Below, piece after piece: positions 18,063-26,429 of a DNA stretch of 64,000 nucleotides. Both the position numbers and the translations under genes were made by a program. Origin of the DNA: Bacteroidales bacterium (GTDB lineage Bacteria; Bacteroidota; Bacteroidia; Bacteroidales; UBA10428); contig JAMIIA010000188.1 of assembly GCA_035913795.1 (NCBI GenBank), positions 6,042 to 70,041 on the forward strand, written 5' to 3'. The notes beneath the pieces were generated by a model. That model saw only the letters and a program-made list of their open reading frames with translations. It was not told the origin of the DNA and made no database searches. Positions within the stretch are counted from its first letter, which is position 1, and each line of letters opens with the position of its first letter.

Positions 18063-18807
18063 GCTCTATGTTTTTTAGGGTATTTATTTTTCGTTTAAAG
18101 TTGTTTTTCTTCAGGTTATTTTCAATAAGAGCCCTCCCCAGGCAATACTTGCTCATTCCGTTCGGATGAATCCCTTTTTTGTTTAAATAGCCTGCAATGG
18201 CTGAGTGCTGGGAGTTTTCGTCGCGTTTAACTTCAATTACCACGCAATCATTGAGTTGATAGGAATCGTGATGTTGAAAGTAAAAATCGATGTGGGTATC
18301 GATAGTAACCCTTTCAGTTAGCATTTTATCGATGAGAGTGATCCGGTCGAAACGGGTATATAGTTTCGATTCGAGCTGCTCTGCATCATAGGGGGTGTGC
18401 TTCATGATAAAATCCTTCGATTTTTCTTGTAGCGAGATTTCAAGGTCATCGACCAATATGCGCTTTTTTATTGTACGCGAGCCTTTCACCTTTTGCTTGA
18501 TTTCGAGAAAGGTATGATTACTTTGAAGGTATTTTCTGAAACGTATTTTGTGCCGATTCGGTTTTCCGTTGTGGTGAGCCTGGTACATTTCGTTCTTAAG
18601 CGTATCGAAATAAAGCGATTCGTATCGGAATATCCGACTTTCGTCCATTTGTAAAATAAAATACTCGTCGCTTACTTTGGCAAGAATTTCACGGAGCACT
18701 TCGTCATTTAAAATGTATTTCGTATCGGTTCGGTTCATGAGTTTAACCCTGTCCATTTCCTCCAGACTGATGGGGCTAAAACTATTGGCTAGGATTGTGA
18801 GTGGCAT
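18034..18807 (-). CDS. VTC (polyphosphate-polymerase-like, CYTH/triphosphate-tunnel) domain protein
   Basis: 257 aa. Basic-residue strands RTDTKY, YESLYFDT, RHKIRFRKY, FLEIKQKVKG, RITLID and VIEVKRD match the tunnel-fold pattern of VTC4-like catalytic domains. Confidence 0.75.
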   Translation of the reverse strand: MPLTILANSFSPISLEEMDRVKLMNRTDTKYILNDEVLREILAKVSDEYFILQMDESRIFRYESLYFDTLKNEMYQAHHNGKPNRHKIRFRKYLQSNHTFLEIKQKVKGSRTIKKRILVDDLEISLQEKSKDFIMKHTPYDAEQLESKLYTRFDRITLIDKMLTERVTIDTHIDFYFQHHDSYQLNDCVVIEVKRDENSQHSAIAGYLNKKGIHPNGMSKYCLGRALIENNLKKNNFKRKINTLKNIEHGKFYSRGI

Positions 18808-18932
18808 TTTTATTTTTTTGTGGATACGAAAAAATAAGTCAAATTGTTTAAAAGAATTAAATTCGTTACTTAATTAGTTTATACTACAAGTTTAGCAATA
18901 ATAAGTAACCTAAATTTAATATTGGCTCATTT

Positions 18933-19097
18933 ATGAAAAAATATCAATGTATTGTATGTGGCCTTGTTTACGATCCGGTTGAAGGAGATCCGGACTCGGG
19001 CATACAGCCAGGAACGGCATTCGAAGATATACCCGAAGATTGGGAATGCCCTGTTTGTGGGGTTTCGAAAGCTGACTTTGAACCGCTTGACGAGTAG
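18933..19097 (+). CDS. Rubredoxin
   Basis: The 54-aa ORF was read directly from the sequence: [54 protein letters not shown]. It has two CxxCG knuckles and the conserved YDP...G..PGT.FE..P..W.CP.CG pattern. It is absent from the ORF track because it is under 60 aa. Confidence 0.9.
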   Translation: MKKYQCIVCGLVYDPVEGDPDSGIQPGTAFEDIPEDWECPVCGVSKADFEPLDE

Positions 19098-19166
19098 GAG
19101 TGATACAATGGAACCACCATTTAGGAATTATCTGGGGATGTTTTGATTGGCACTGGCCCAGTAATT

Positions 19167-20627
19167 TTATTCCTCAGGTATTTCTTCAAGCACTTTAGTA
19201 AAGAATATCCAGAATTTCTCAACCGACCCAATATGCAGGCGTTCGTCGGGGGAGTGCACCCCACGCATGGTAGGACCAATGGATATCATATCCAGTTCAG
19301 GATATTTTTCGAGAAACAACCCACACTCCAAACCTGCATGAATGGCCTTAACCTTAGCCTCTTCGGAAAACAAGGTTTTATATGCTTTTTGGGCTATCTT
19401 GAGCACATCCGAATTAGGATTTGGAGTCCATCCCGGATAGCTGTCGGAATGTCGAATAGTGGCTTCGGCCAGAGAAAAAGTGCTGATTACCCTGTTCATG
19501 GTGTCTATTTTAGCCGACTCGACTGAGCTACGCTGGCTGGTAACGATTTCAGCAATTTCATTCTCGGTAAAATGCACCGAAGCAAGGTTGGTGGAGGTTT
19601 CGACAAGTCCAGGAACCGACTGACTCATGGCCATTACACCATTAGGGCAGGCATAAAGTGTGTTGAGCAGTTTGGATAAAACTTTGTTCTTCAAGACCTT
19701 TTTTACTGCCTTAGTGGTTTGCAAATTCACCGACAAATCGGGTTCGGTATAGAAAAATTCAGTTCTTACAATCTTATCGTATCGCGCAACATATTGCTCA
19801 AATTCTTTGGTTTTCGAAGCATCCACGATAACTTTGGCAGTAGCTTCGCGAGGTATGGCGTTGCGAAGGTTTCCGCCTTGAAAATCGGAAAGCATAAGGC
19901 TGAATTCGTTTTTAGCAGACCATAGAAAGCGGGTAAGCAATTTGTTGGCGTTAGCCAGCCCTTTATTGATGTCATCGCCTGAATGACCACCTTTGAGTCC
20001 TCGAATATTGATCTGATAAGCAGGCCATTTTTTAGGTGGTTTAGCGAATTTTAGGGGGAAGGAGATAAGGGTATCAATTCCGCCGGCACAACCAATATAG
20101 ATTTCGCCTTCGTCTTCTGAATCCAGATTAATAAGTATTTTTCCCGAAAAAAAGTCTTTCTCCAATTTATGTGCACCGGTGAGTCCCGTTTCCTCATCGA
20201 CCGTGAAGAGGCACTCCAATGGGCCATGCGTGAGCGATTTATCGGCAAGTACAGCCAATGAGGTAGCTACTCCAATGCCATTGTCAGCGCCCAGGGTAGT
20301 GCCTTTGGCTTTTACCCACTCACCCTCAATTATTGGCTGTATCGGATCGGTATCGAAATTATGTTTTACATCGCTGTTTTTTTCGCAGACCATGTCTACG
20401 TGGCTTTGCAAAACTACTGTTTTAAGACGCTCTTTACCTTTGCTGGCTGCCTTTTTAATCAATATGTTGCCAATCGAGTCTTTTTTATAATCGAGGTTAT
20501 GTTCCTGCGCAAAATTTTCGAGGAAGGCGATAATTTTCTCTTCTTTCTTCGAAGGCCTTGGAATGGATAAAATGGCATCGAAATATTTCCAGATTAATGC
20601 GGGTTGTAATGTTGTAAGCTTGCTCAT
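19167..20627 (-). CDS. pepD: Aminoacyl-histidine (Xaa-His) dipeptidase, M20 family
   Basis: 486 aa. The N-terminus LQPALIWKYFDAILSIPRPSKKEEKI is typical of PepD. Metal-binding motifs are HVDMV, GADNGIG and DEETGLTG. Confidence 0.9.
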   Translation of the reverse strand: MSKLTTLQPALIWKYFDAILSIPRPSKKEEKIIAFLENFAQEHNLDYKKDSIGNILIKKAASKGKERLKTVVLQSHVDMVCEKNSDVKHNFDTDPIQPIIEGEWVKAKGTTLGADNGIGVATSLAVLADKSLTHGPLECLFTVDEETGLTGAHKLEKDFFSGKILINLDSEDEGEIYIGCAGGIDTLISFPLKFAKPPKKWPAYQINIRGLKGGHSGDDINKGLANANKLLTRFLWSAKNEFSLMLSDFQGGNLRNAIPREATAKVIVDASKTKEFEQYVARYDKIVRTEFFYTEPDLSVNLQTTKAVKKVLKNKVLSKLLNTLYACPNGVMAMSQSVPGLVETSTNLASVHFTENEIAEIVTSQRSSVESAKIDTMNRVISTFSLAEATIRHSDSYPGWTPNPNSDVLKIAQKAYKTLFSEEAKVKAIHAGLECGLFLEKYPELDMISIGPTMRGVHSPDERLHIGSVEKFWIFFTKVLEEIPEE

Positions 20628-20841
20628 GTCTATTTATCTTGGGGCTTCTAATTTAGTAAATTCATTTTTTATTTACTTTAAATTAATCTCATCCTCTGAG
20701 AATCTTTTATTTTAATAGCTATCGGATGGTTAGGAACTTTTTTTGTGGGCTTAATTTTACGAATATACATTTATAAAAGATCTTATAACCTCTAATTATT
20801 TCGCAGGGCATCTTTGTTTCTGCTTTATTTCTAACTATTTT

Positions 20842-21663
20842 ATGTTACCGCGTCATCAATACATTGGACTAATTATAAAAGCCGCTGTCGAAGCCGGCAA
20901 GGCTACCCTCAGGTATTATGGGAAGCCGGCAGAACTGAGCCATAAAGACGATCAATCTCCATTGACCCTTGCCGATCTGGAATCAAACCAGATCATCGAA
21001 AGTTACCTTCAGACAACACAAATTCCTGTGATAAGTGAAGAAAGTCCTTTGCCCGACTATAGATTAAGAAGAAAATGGGAGCAGGTTTGGCTGGTTGATC
21101 CCCTGGATGGAACACGCGAATTTATTCAGAAAAGGCAAGAGTTTACAATAAATATTGCCCTTGTTGAGCATGGTGTTCCGGTTATGGGCGCGGTGTATGT
21201 TCCCGTGCAGGATGTATTGTATTACGCGGTAAAAGAGCGCGGAGCATATAAAGTGGAAAAGGCATCGGCCCGGGAAGTTGATAAAATTTCAGAAGTTGCC
21301 CTGAGGTTGCCCTTTGCAAAATTTGGAAAAAAAACCATTGTGGTTGCCAGTAAAAGCCACTTAAACAGTGAAACTTCAGATTTTATTGTGAATCTTTCAG
21401 TGAAACCTGAAGAGATGGAACTTCAAAGTTATGGAAGCTCCTTAAAACTTTGCAAGCTGGCCGAAGGTGTGGCCCATATTTATCCGCGTATGGGCACTAC
21501 CATGGAATGGGATACTGCTGCCGGACATGCCATTCTATCGGAGGCGGGGTGCGAATTGTTATCTTATCCGGGTTATGGAACAATGCTTTACAACAAAGCA
21601 GATTTAAAAAATCCATGGTTTGTTGCCTTTCATCAATCGAAAAGAGAATGTATGCCTGATTAG
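20842..21663 (+). CDS. cysQ: 3'(2'),5'-bisphosphate nucleotidase (inositol monophosphatase superfamily)
   Basis: VISEES, WLVDPLDGTREF and WDTAAGHAIL are the CysQ/IMPase signature motifs. Confidence 0.85.
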   Translation: MLPRHQYIGLIIKAAVEAGKATLRYYGKPAELSHKDDQSPLTLADLESNQIIESYLQTTQIPVISEESPLPDYRLRRKWEQVWLVDPLDGTREFIQKRQEFTINIALVEHGVPVMGAVYVPVQDVLYYAVKERGAYKVEKASAREVDKISEVALRLPFAKFGKKTIVVASKSHLNSETSDFIVNLSVKPEEMELQSYGSSLKLCKLAEGVAHIYPRMGTTMEWDTAAGHAILSEAGCELLSYPGYGTMLYNKADLKNPWFVAFHQSKRECMPD

Positions 21664-21664
21664 C

Positions 21665-21704
21665 AAAAAAGCCCGCATGATTTTAACTTCAATCTATGCA
21701 GGCT
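21665..21704 (-). terminator. Probable intrinsic terminator after the ECF-sigma operon
   Basis: agcccgcat / atgcaggct stem (one mismatch) with a 17-nt loop. An A6 run on the plus strand gives a T-run on the minus strand, immediately downstream of the stop at 21714. Confidence 0.45.
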
Positions 21705-21713
21705 TCTAGTGCA

Positions 21714-22802
21714 TTATTTGGTGAGTTTTATTGTACCGTACTTGGTGTCGATTGTAACCTGAGTTGTTGTATTTTGGTTGGTGCCTACTTTTCCTTCGAG
21801 TCTCATTTCGTTCGACTCGTTAAAACGATTTACACGGGCATTTTCTGGAATAATAATGTTGCCATAATTGGCCAAACCATTAAGTTTATAAGAAGCGCCA
21901 TCTTCCACACCTATGGCATAAGAACCATAACGGTTAATGATTTTGATTTCTTCGAAACCGGCCGGCATATAGGCTATTTTAAAATCTGTATATTTGGTTT
22001 CGGCATTCAGTTTTTTTCCTATGCTCTGGAATTTAAAATTCGAATACTCGGCATTGGTTACCATGTTGGCCAAAGTACCAATCTCATAAGTATCGTAACG
22101 GGCTTCTGTGATTACAGAGCTTCCGCGATCGATAAATACTTTTGAATATTTACTTACAATGATTAGCGCTTTGCTTTCCTGGATATTTATTTTAGAATAT
22201 TTAATATTGATCTTCAACCAGCTACAAGTCTCGATGGTGCCATCGGAGTAAGCCATGTTTACCTCCGTCAGGGGCGATTTTTCGATGGAAGAAATGTCAT
22301 TGACCTTCAGACTTCCGTATTTTACATCGAGTACCGAAGCCCTACTTAGTTTATCGACAAAGATACTACCATACTTGTTGCTCAAATTGGCTGGTACGGT
22401 GTGAGGCATATTGATGGTATATACAATTTTAAATTGTTTTCCTGCATCGCTCATACGCGAAAGGCTCTCACTAAAGTTTTCGTCAAAAACAGTTTCGAAA
22501 CTAATTTCATTACCCTGACTAAGGTTTTTAATCTGTATCAGGCTGGCGAGTTCCTGAGCCCTTTTATCGGTGACATCGGTAAAAATTAACTTTACCCTGA
22601 TATCTACGGTTTTCTGATCCCAGTTTTTTACGTCGATGCTACCGTATTTATTGTGGATAGTAAGGCGGGTTTGTTCGTTCACAGCAAAGGTCTCGTGCAC
22701 TTCTTTACCAACCTTTTCCTGTGCTTTTACCGGACTGTTTGTGCATGTAAATGCAATAAAGGCAGCCAGCAAAATCCATTGTGTTCTCGATGCTGTTTTC
22801 AT
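21714..22802 (-). CDS. DUF4097-like beta-strand-repeat (putative adhesin) protein
   Basis: Start at MKTASRTQWILLAAFIAF (cat at 22800-22802). Repeated KYGSI.V / YGSLKV / NYGNIII / KYGTIKL units are typical of DUF4097. It is the last gene of the sigma/anti-sigma operon. Confidence 0.65.
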   Translation of the reverse strand: MKTASRTQWILLAAFIAFTCTNSPVKAQEKVGKEVHETFAVNEQTRLTIHNKYGSIDVKNWDQKTVDIRVKLIFTDVTDKRAQELASLIQIKNLSQGNEISFETVFDENFSESLSRMSDAGKQFKIVYTINMPHTVPANLSNKYGSIFVDKLSRASVLDVKYGSLKVNDISSIEKSPLTEVNMAYSDGTIETCSWLKINIKYSKINIQESKALIIVSKYSKVFIDRGSSVITEARYDTYEIGTLANMVTNAEYSNFKFQSIGKKLNAETKYTDFKIAYMPAGFEEIKIINRYGSYAIGVEDGASYKLNGLANYGNIIIPENARVNRFNESNEMRLEGKVGTNQNTTTQVTIDTKYGTIKLTK

Positions 22803-22854
22803 GGTATTTATTTTTACTATTTCTTTATTAGTGGGTTGATAGTGTTTATACAAC

Positions 22855-23340
22855 TTATCCGACGGTATTGTAAATGGTCAGAATATTGTCGAGGGTTTCA
22901 ATTTTTAGCATGTAGGTATTAAAAACAGCCTCCACCACACGCTTATCACCAGGAGCTTCCAGTAGATCTTTTTTCAAATTCAACAATGATTCATCAAACT
23001 CTTTAATTACCTTCGAAAACTCTTTGCTGTTTACGCCAGAAGCTTTTATCTGACTAATTTTCTCATTTGCCAGCTGCTGCAGGTATATTTCCGATTCAAC
23101 CATTTCTTCACCTTGCGAAGCCAGAATGAGTTCTGTTTCGTGATTTTGGCTGTTAAGCCGCAATGCCAAAACCCCAATTAAAACAAGTATGGCAGCAGTA
23201 TAACCAATACGATAGAACAATAGAACGGTTTTTCCGGATAAACGGCTGTTTAATTTTTTTTCAAACCTATCCAGATGGCCTGCCGGTGGCTCTTCCAGGC
23301 TGGATTGGGTTTGCTGAAGGTATTTTTCGAAATTATTCAT
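22855..23340 (-). CDS. Putative anti-sigma factor (single-pass membrane protein)
   Basis: 161 aa. It overlaps the sigma-factor stop by 8 nt. A short cytoplasmic N-terminus is followed by one TM helix (LLFYRIGYTAAILVLIGVLAL) and a helical periplasmic part. Confidence 0.6.
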   Translation of the reverse strand: MNNFEKYLQQTQSSLEEPPAGHLDRFEKKLNSRLSGKTVLLFYRIGYTAAILVLIGVLALRLNSQNHETELILASQGEEMVESEIYLQQLANEKISQIKASGVNSKEFSKVIKEFDESLLNLKKDLLEAPGDKRVVEAVFNTYMLKIETLDNILTIYNTVG

Positions 23341-23899
23341 GGTGTTGTTCTTTTAACTTTTTACACAAAATGGCTTTGGCCCTGGCATATTGCGATCGCG
23401 AAGTCGAAGCTGTGATACCCAGTATCTGTGCAATTTCGTCGTGATCGTATCCTTCAAAAAGAAAGAGATTAAGAACAGTGCGGTATCCGTCGGGTAAGAG
23501 GTTAATTTGTGTTTTTATTTTCTCTATATCCTTTGTCAGATCCTCAACCGAAACGGTCTCCACATCATTTTCCAATCCCCTGGCTTCATCAAGTTCAACA
23601 AACTGAATCTTTTTCTTCTTTAAAAAGTCAATACATTTATTGATTACTATTTTTTTCAACCATGCACCAAAACTCACCTCGGCTCTAAACTGATCCAATT
23701 TCTCAAAAGCTGAAATAAAAGCTTCCTGCATCAGGTCTTCTGCTTCAACAGGATTTTTCACCAACCTCAAACACACGTTGAACATGGCTTTGCAATAGAG
23801 CCTGTACAAATTAATTTGTGCCTTGGTGTCGTTTTTTCTGCATGCCTCTATAAGTTCAAGATGCTGCTCGAAATGTGTGTAATCTTTTTTTTCTGTCAT
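23333..23899 (-). CDS. RNA polymerase sigma-70 factor, ECF subfamily
   Basis: Region 2 is VEAEDLMQEAFISAFEKLDQFR...FGAWLKKIVINKCIDFL. Region 4 is YRTVLNLFLFEGYDHDEIAQILGITASTSRSQYARAK. Confidence 0.9.
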   Translation of the reverse strand: MTEKKDYTHFEQHLELIEACRKNDTKAQINLYRLYCKAMFNVCLRLVKNPVEAEDLMQEAFISAFEKLDQFRAEVSFGAWLKKIVINKCIDFLKKKKIQFVELDEARGLENDVETVSVEDLTKDIEKIKTQINLLPDGYRTVLNLFLFEGYDHDEIAQILGITASTSRSQYARAKAILCKKLKEQHHE

Positions 23900-24150
23900 T
23901 TCTTATATCTAATGACGAGCCAAATGGCGTTATGCTGCATTAAGCCCAAAATTTAATCATTAGGAGGCAATTATTTTGCCGAACTATATGATTTAGTTTG
24001 GATTAACCCCGTCCCGATTTATTGCATCGGGATAGAAATTGTTTGAAGAAATTTTCACATTTCTGAATTACAATTTCTTACATCGATTAAGCATTCTTAA
24101 GGCTTAATATGGATTAAAGGTAAGAAAAAGTGAAGTTTTTTTTGTGAGGC

Positions 24151-24177
24151 AAAAAAAACGCCCCTTGACGAGGGGCG
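24151..24177 (-). terminator. Strong intrinsic terminator about 290 nt downstream of hemH
   Basis: The plus strand reads A8-cgcccct-tgacg-aggggcg. On the minus strand this is a perfect 7-bp GC stem followed by T8. Confidence 0.7.
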
Positions 24178-24468
24178 AATGAGGCGGAAGTTATTTCACT
24201 CTGAAATCTTGAATCTGCTAATGAGATTACCTATAACTATAAAATAACTGTTGTACAGGGCTTATGTTGAAATCACTATACGAACAAAAAAATCTCAGAA
24301 CTAGTTAAAATGTCAACGCAATTGTGGAGATAACTTCCAATGCTTTATTCGGTAAGTATCGAAAAGGTAACCCTAATATTTCGTTTTTTTTGATTTGGTT
24401 GATTACGAAGATGTTTTTTTGGGAAACATTAGGATTGATGATAATAATTTATAGTTCTGGCCAATCTT

Positions 24469-25476
24469 TTAGTGTATCATTGATACTATTTTTTTTATTG
24501 CCAGTGCCCATTCATTGCTATCGTTCAGGCTTTTCACCATTTCAAATTCGTGCCCCCCATTCTCCATGAAAAGTTGTTTGTATTCATGGTCTATTTCAAC
24601 TTCGGTTTCGAGGCAATCAGCTACAAAGGAGGGTGCTATGACCAGTAACGATTTGAGGCCATTTCCGGCTTTTTCGGAAATCAATTTGTCACTGAAGGGC
24701 TCCAGCCAGTTTTTCGATAACCTCGATTGAAAACCTACCGAATAAAGCTCTGGCTTTAGGTTAAGGCCACTTGCCATCAATCTTGCCGTTTCGTAACACT
24801 GCGCCTTGTAACACCAGCTACCATGAACGGGCATGGCCGAAGTGCAGTTGCACGTATCGCAGGCAATGTCGGGGTGACATTGCTGAATATGGCGCAAAGG
24901 CAAGCCATGAAAACTAAACAGCACATGTTCGAATTTTTCTGGTTTATAGACACTTGCCCGGGCCACAAAAGCGTTTATAAAATCGGGTTGGGCATAAAAC
25001 TGGTTGAGAAATACAAGGTGCGGAATGTTGTTCCATTTTTTTATTCTTTCCATGGCCAACTCATTGATTGTGCCCGTAGTGGAGCTTGCATATTGCGGAA
25101 ACATCGGAAAGATTATTATGCGATCGTAATTCTTATTTTTCAATGAATCGATCGAAGTTTGCAGAGATGGATTTCCATAGCGCATGGCTGCCAATACAGT
25201 ATAATTTTCGGACAGCAATGCCTGTAATTTATTTTTCACTTGTAAGCTGTAATGCAATAAAGGACTGCCATTTACGCCCCATAATACCTTGTAGAGTCGG
25301 GTCGATTTTGGTGCCCTGAAGGGTACAATAATCAGGTTTACAAGAATTTTCCTCCATAACCAGGGCAAGTCAATTACCCGCGGGTCGTTGAGAAACTGCG
25401 TGAGGTATCGACGCACGGCTTTTACTTCTGGTTTATCGGGTGTGCCTACATTGGCGAGTATGATGGCTGTTTTCAT
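24469..25476 (-). CDS. hemH: Ferrochelatase
   Basis: Start at MKTAIILANVGTPD (cat at 25474-25476). Motifs are FSFHGLP and the C-terminal FVADCLETEVEID. The 49 extra N-terminal codons in the ORF track overlap hemF and look spurious. Confidence 0.9.
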   Translation of the reverse strand: MKTAIILANVGTPDKPEVKAVRRYLTQFLNDPRVIDLPWLWRKILVNLIIVPFRAPKSTRLYKVLWGVNGSPLLHYSLQVKNKLQALLSENYTVLAAMRYGNPSLQTSIDSLKNKNYDRIIIFPMFPQYASSTTGTINELAMERIKKWNNIPHLVFLNQFYAQPDFINAFVARASVYKPEKFEHVLFSFHGLPLRHIQQCHPDIACDTCNCTSAMPVHGSWCYKAQCYETARLMASGLNLKPELYSVGFQSRLSKNWLEPFSDKLISEKAGNGLKSLLVIAPSFVADCLETEVEIDHEYKQLFMENGGHEFEMVKSLNDSNEWALAIKKIVSMIH

Positions 25477-25514
25477 CTTGTAGTTTTTGTTTGGGCTTTG
25501 GTCTTTATTGAATG

Positions 25515-26429
25515 CTAAGTTTCTGCACGAGTGGACATCGAAATCCAATCGATGTTCTTTTTTAAAAGATTTTGGGTGTTCTCTTCCGGTGAATTTGTTT
25601 TCAGGGGATAATTGTAACTCCATTCTACTACAGGGGGCAGGCTAATTAAAATCGATTCGGTATTGCCTCCAGACTCAATTCCAAATCGGGTACCTCTGTC
25701 GTATAAGAGGTTGAACTCGACATACCTGCCTCGTCTTATTTTTTGCCAGGATTTTTCTGCATCGCCATAAGGCTTGTCTGAGTTCAGTTGTATTAAGTCG
25801 GAATAAATAAGCGGATAGTTCTGAGCAATATCCTGGGTAAAAGCCAACCATTTTTCAAAACTAACTTCCCGATCAGGTTTTTGTCGGTCGAAGAAAATTC
25901 CTCCAATACCGCGGGTTTCGTTACGGTGCGGCAAGTAGAAATACTCGTCGGCCCATTTTTTATAGCTCTCATAGAAATGCGGATTGTACTTGTCGCAAAT
26001 GAGTTTAATTTTTCGATGAAATTCGGCCGCCTGACTAATATCGATGTAAGCAGGTGTAAGGTCTATACCGCCTCCAAACCAGCAGGTGCCATTATCAAGG
26101 GCAAAGTATCTTACATTCATGTGTATAGTAGGCAAGTAGGGGTTATGGGCATGCACAATGGAGGAGATTCCGGTAGCCTGGTATGATTTGGCCTCTTCTC
26201 CAAGAATTTGCTTCAACGAAGAATTAACCGGTCCGCTTACATTCGAATAGTTCAGTCCCGCCTTTTCGATGTGTTTACCCTGCTGCATGACTGCAGTTAT
26301 GCCGTTTCCAACTTCTTTATTCCAGTGGTTCAAGCTAAAACTGGCTTTCCCGTCAGCTTTTTCGAGTACGGCACACATCACTAGTTGTAATTGCCTATAA
26401 ATCTCTGCTACTTGGTCAAAACTCATCAT
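25515..26429 (-). CDS. hemF: Oxygen-dependent coproporphyrinogen III oxidase
   Basis: GGGIDLTPAY, HRNETRGIGGIFFD and RRGRYVEFNLLYDRGTRFG. The start codon overlaps the hemY stop (TAATG). Confidence 0.93.
   Translation of the reverse strand: MMSFDQVAEIYRQLQLVMCAVLEKADGKASFSLNHWNKEVGNGITAVMQQGKHIEKAGLNYSNVSGPVNSSLKQILGEEAKSYQATGISSIVHAHNPYLPTIHMNVRYFALDNGTCWFGGGIDLTPAYIDISQAAEFHRKIKLICDKYNPHFYESYKKWADEYFYLPHRNETRGIGGIFFDRQKPDREVSFEKWLAFTQDIAQNYPLIYSDLIQLNSDKPYGDAEKSWQKIRRGRYVEFNLLYDRGTRFGIESGGNTESILISLPPVVEWSYNYPLKTNSPEENTQNLLKKNIDWISMSTRAET

Noticed and set aside
19143-19526. 127-aa plus-strand ORF antisense to the pepD 3' end
   Set aside because: pepD is well supported, and the antisense product has no features.
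21696-22145. 149-aa plus-strand ORF antisense to the DUF4097 gene
   Set aside because: It is a shadow ORF that starts within the operon terminator region.
24324-24569. 81-aa plus-strand ORF spanning the hemH 3' end
   Set aside because: It overlaps hemH antisense, and the remainder is T-rich intergenic sequence.
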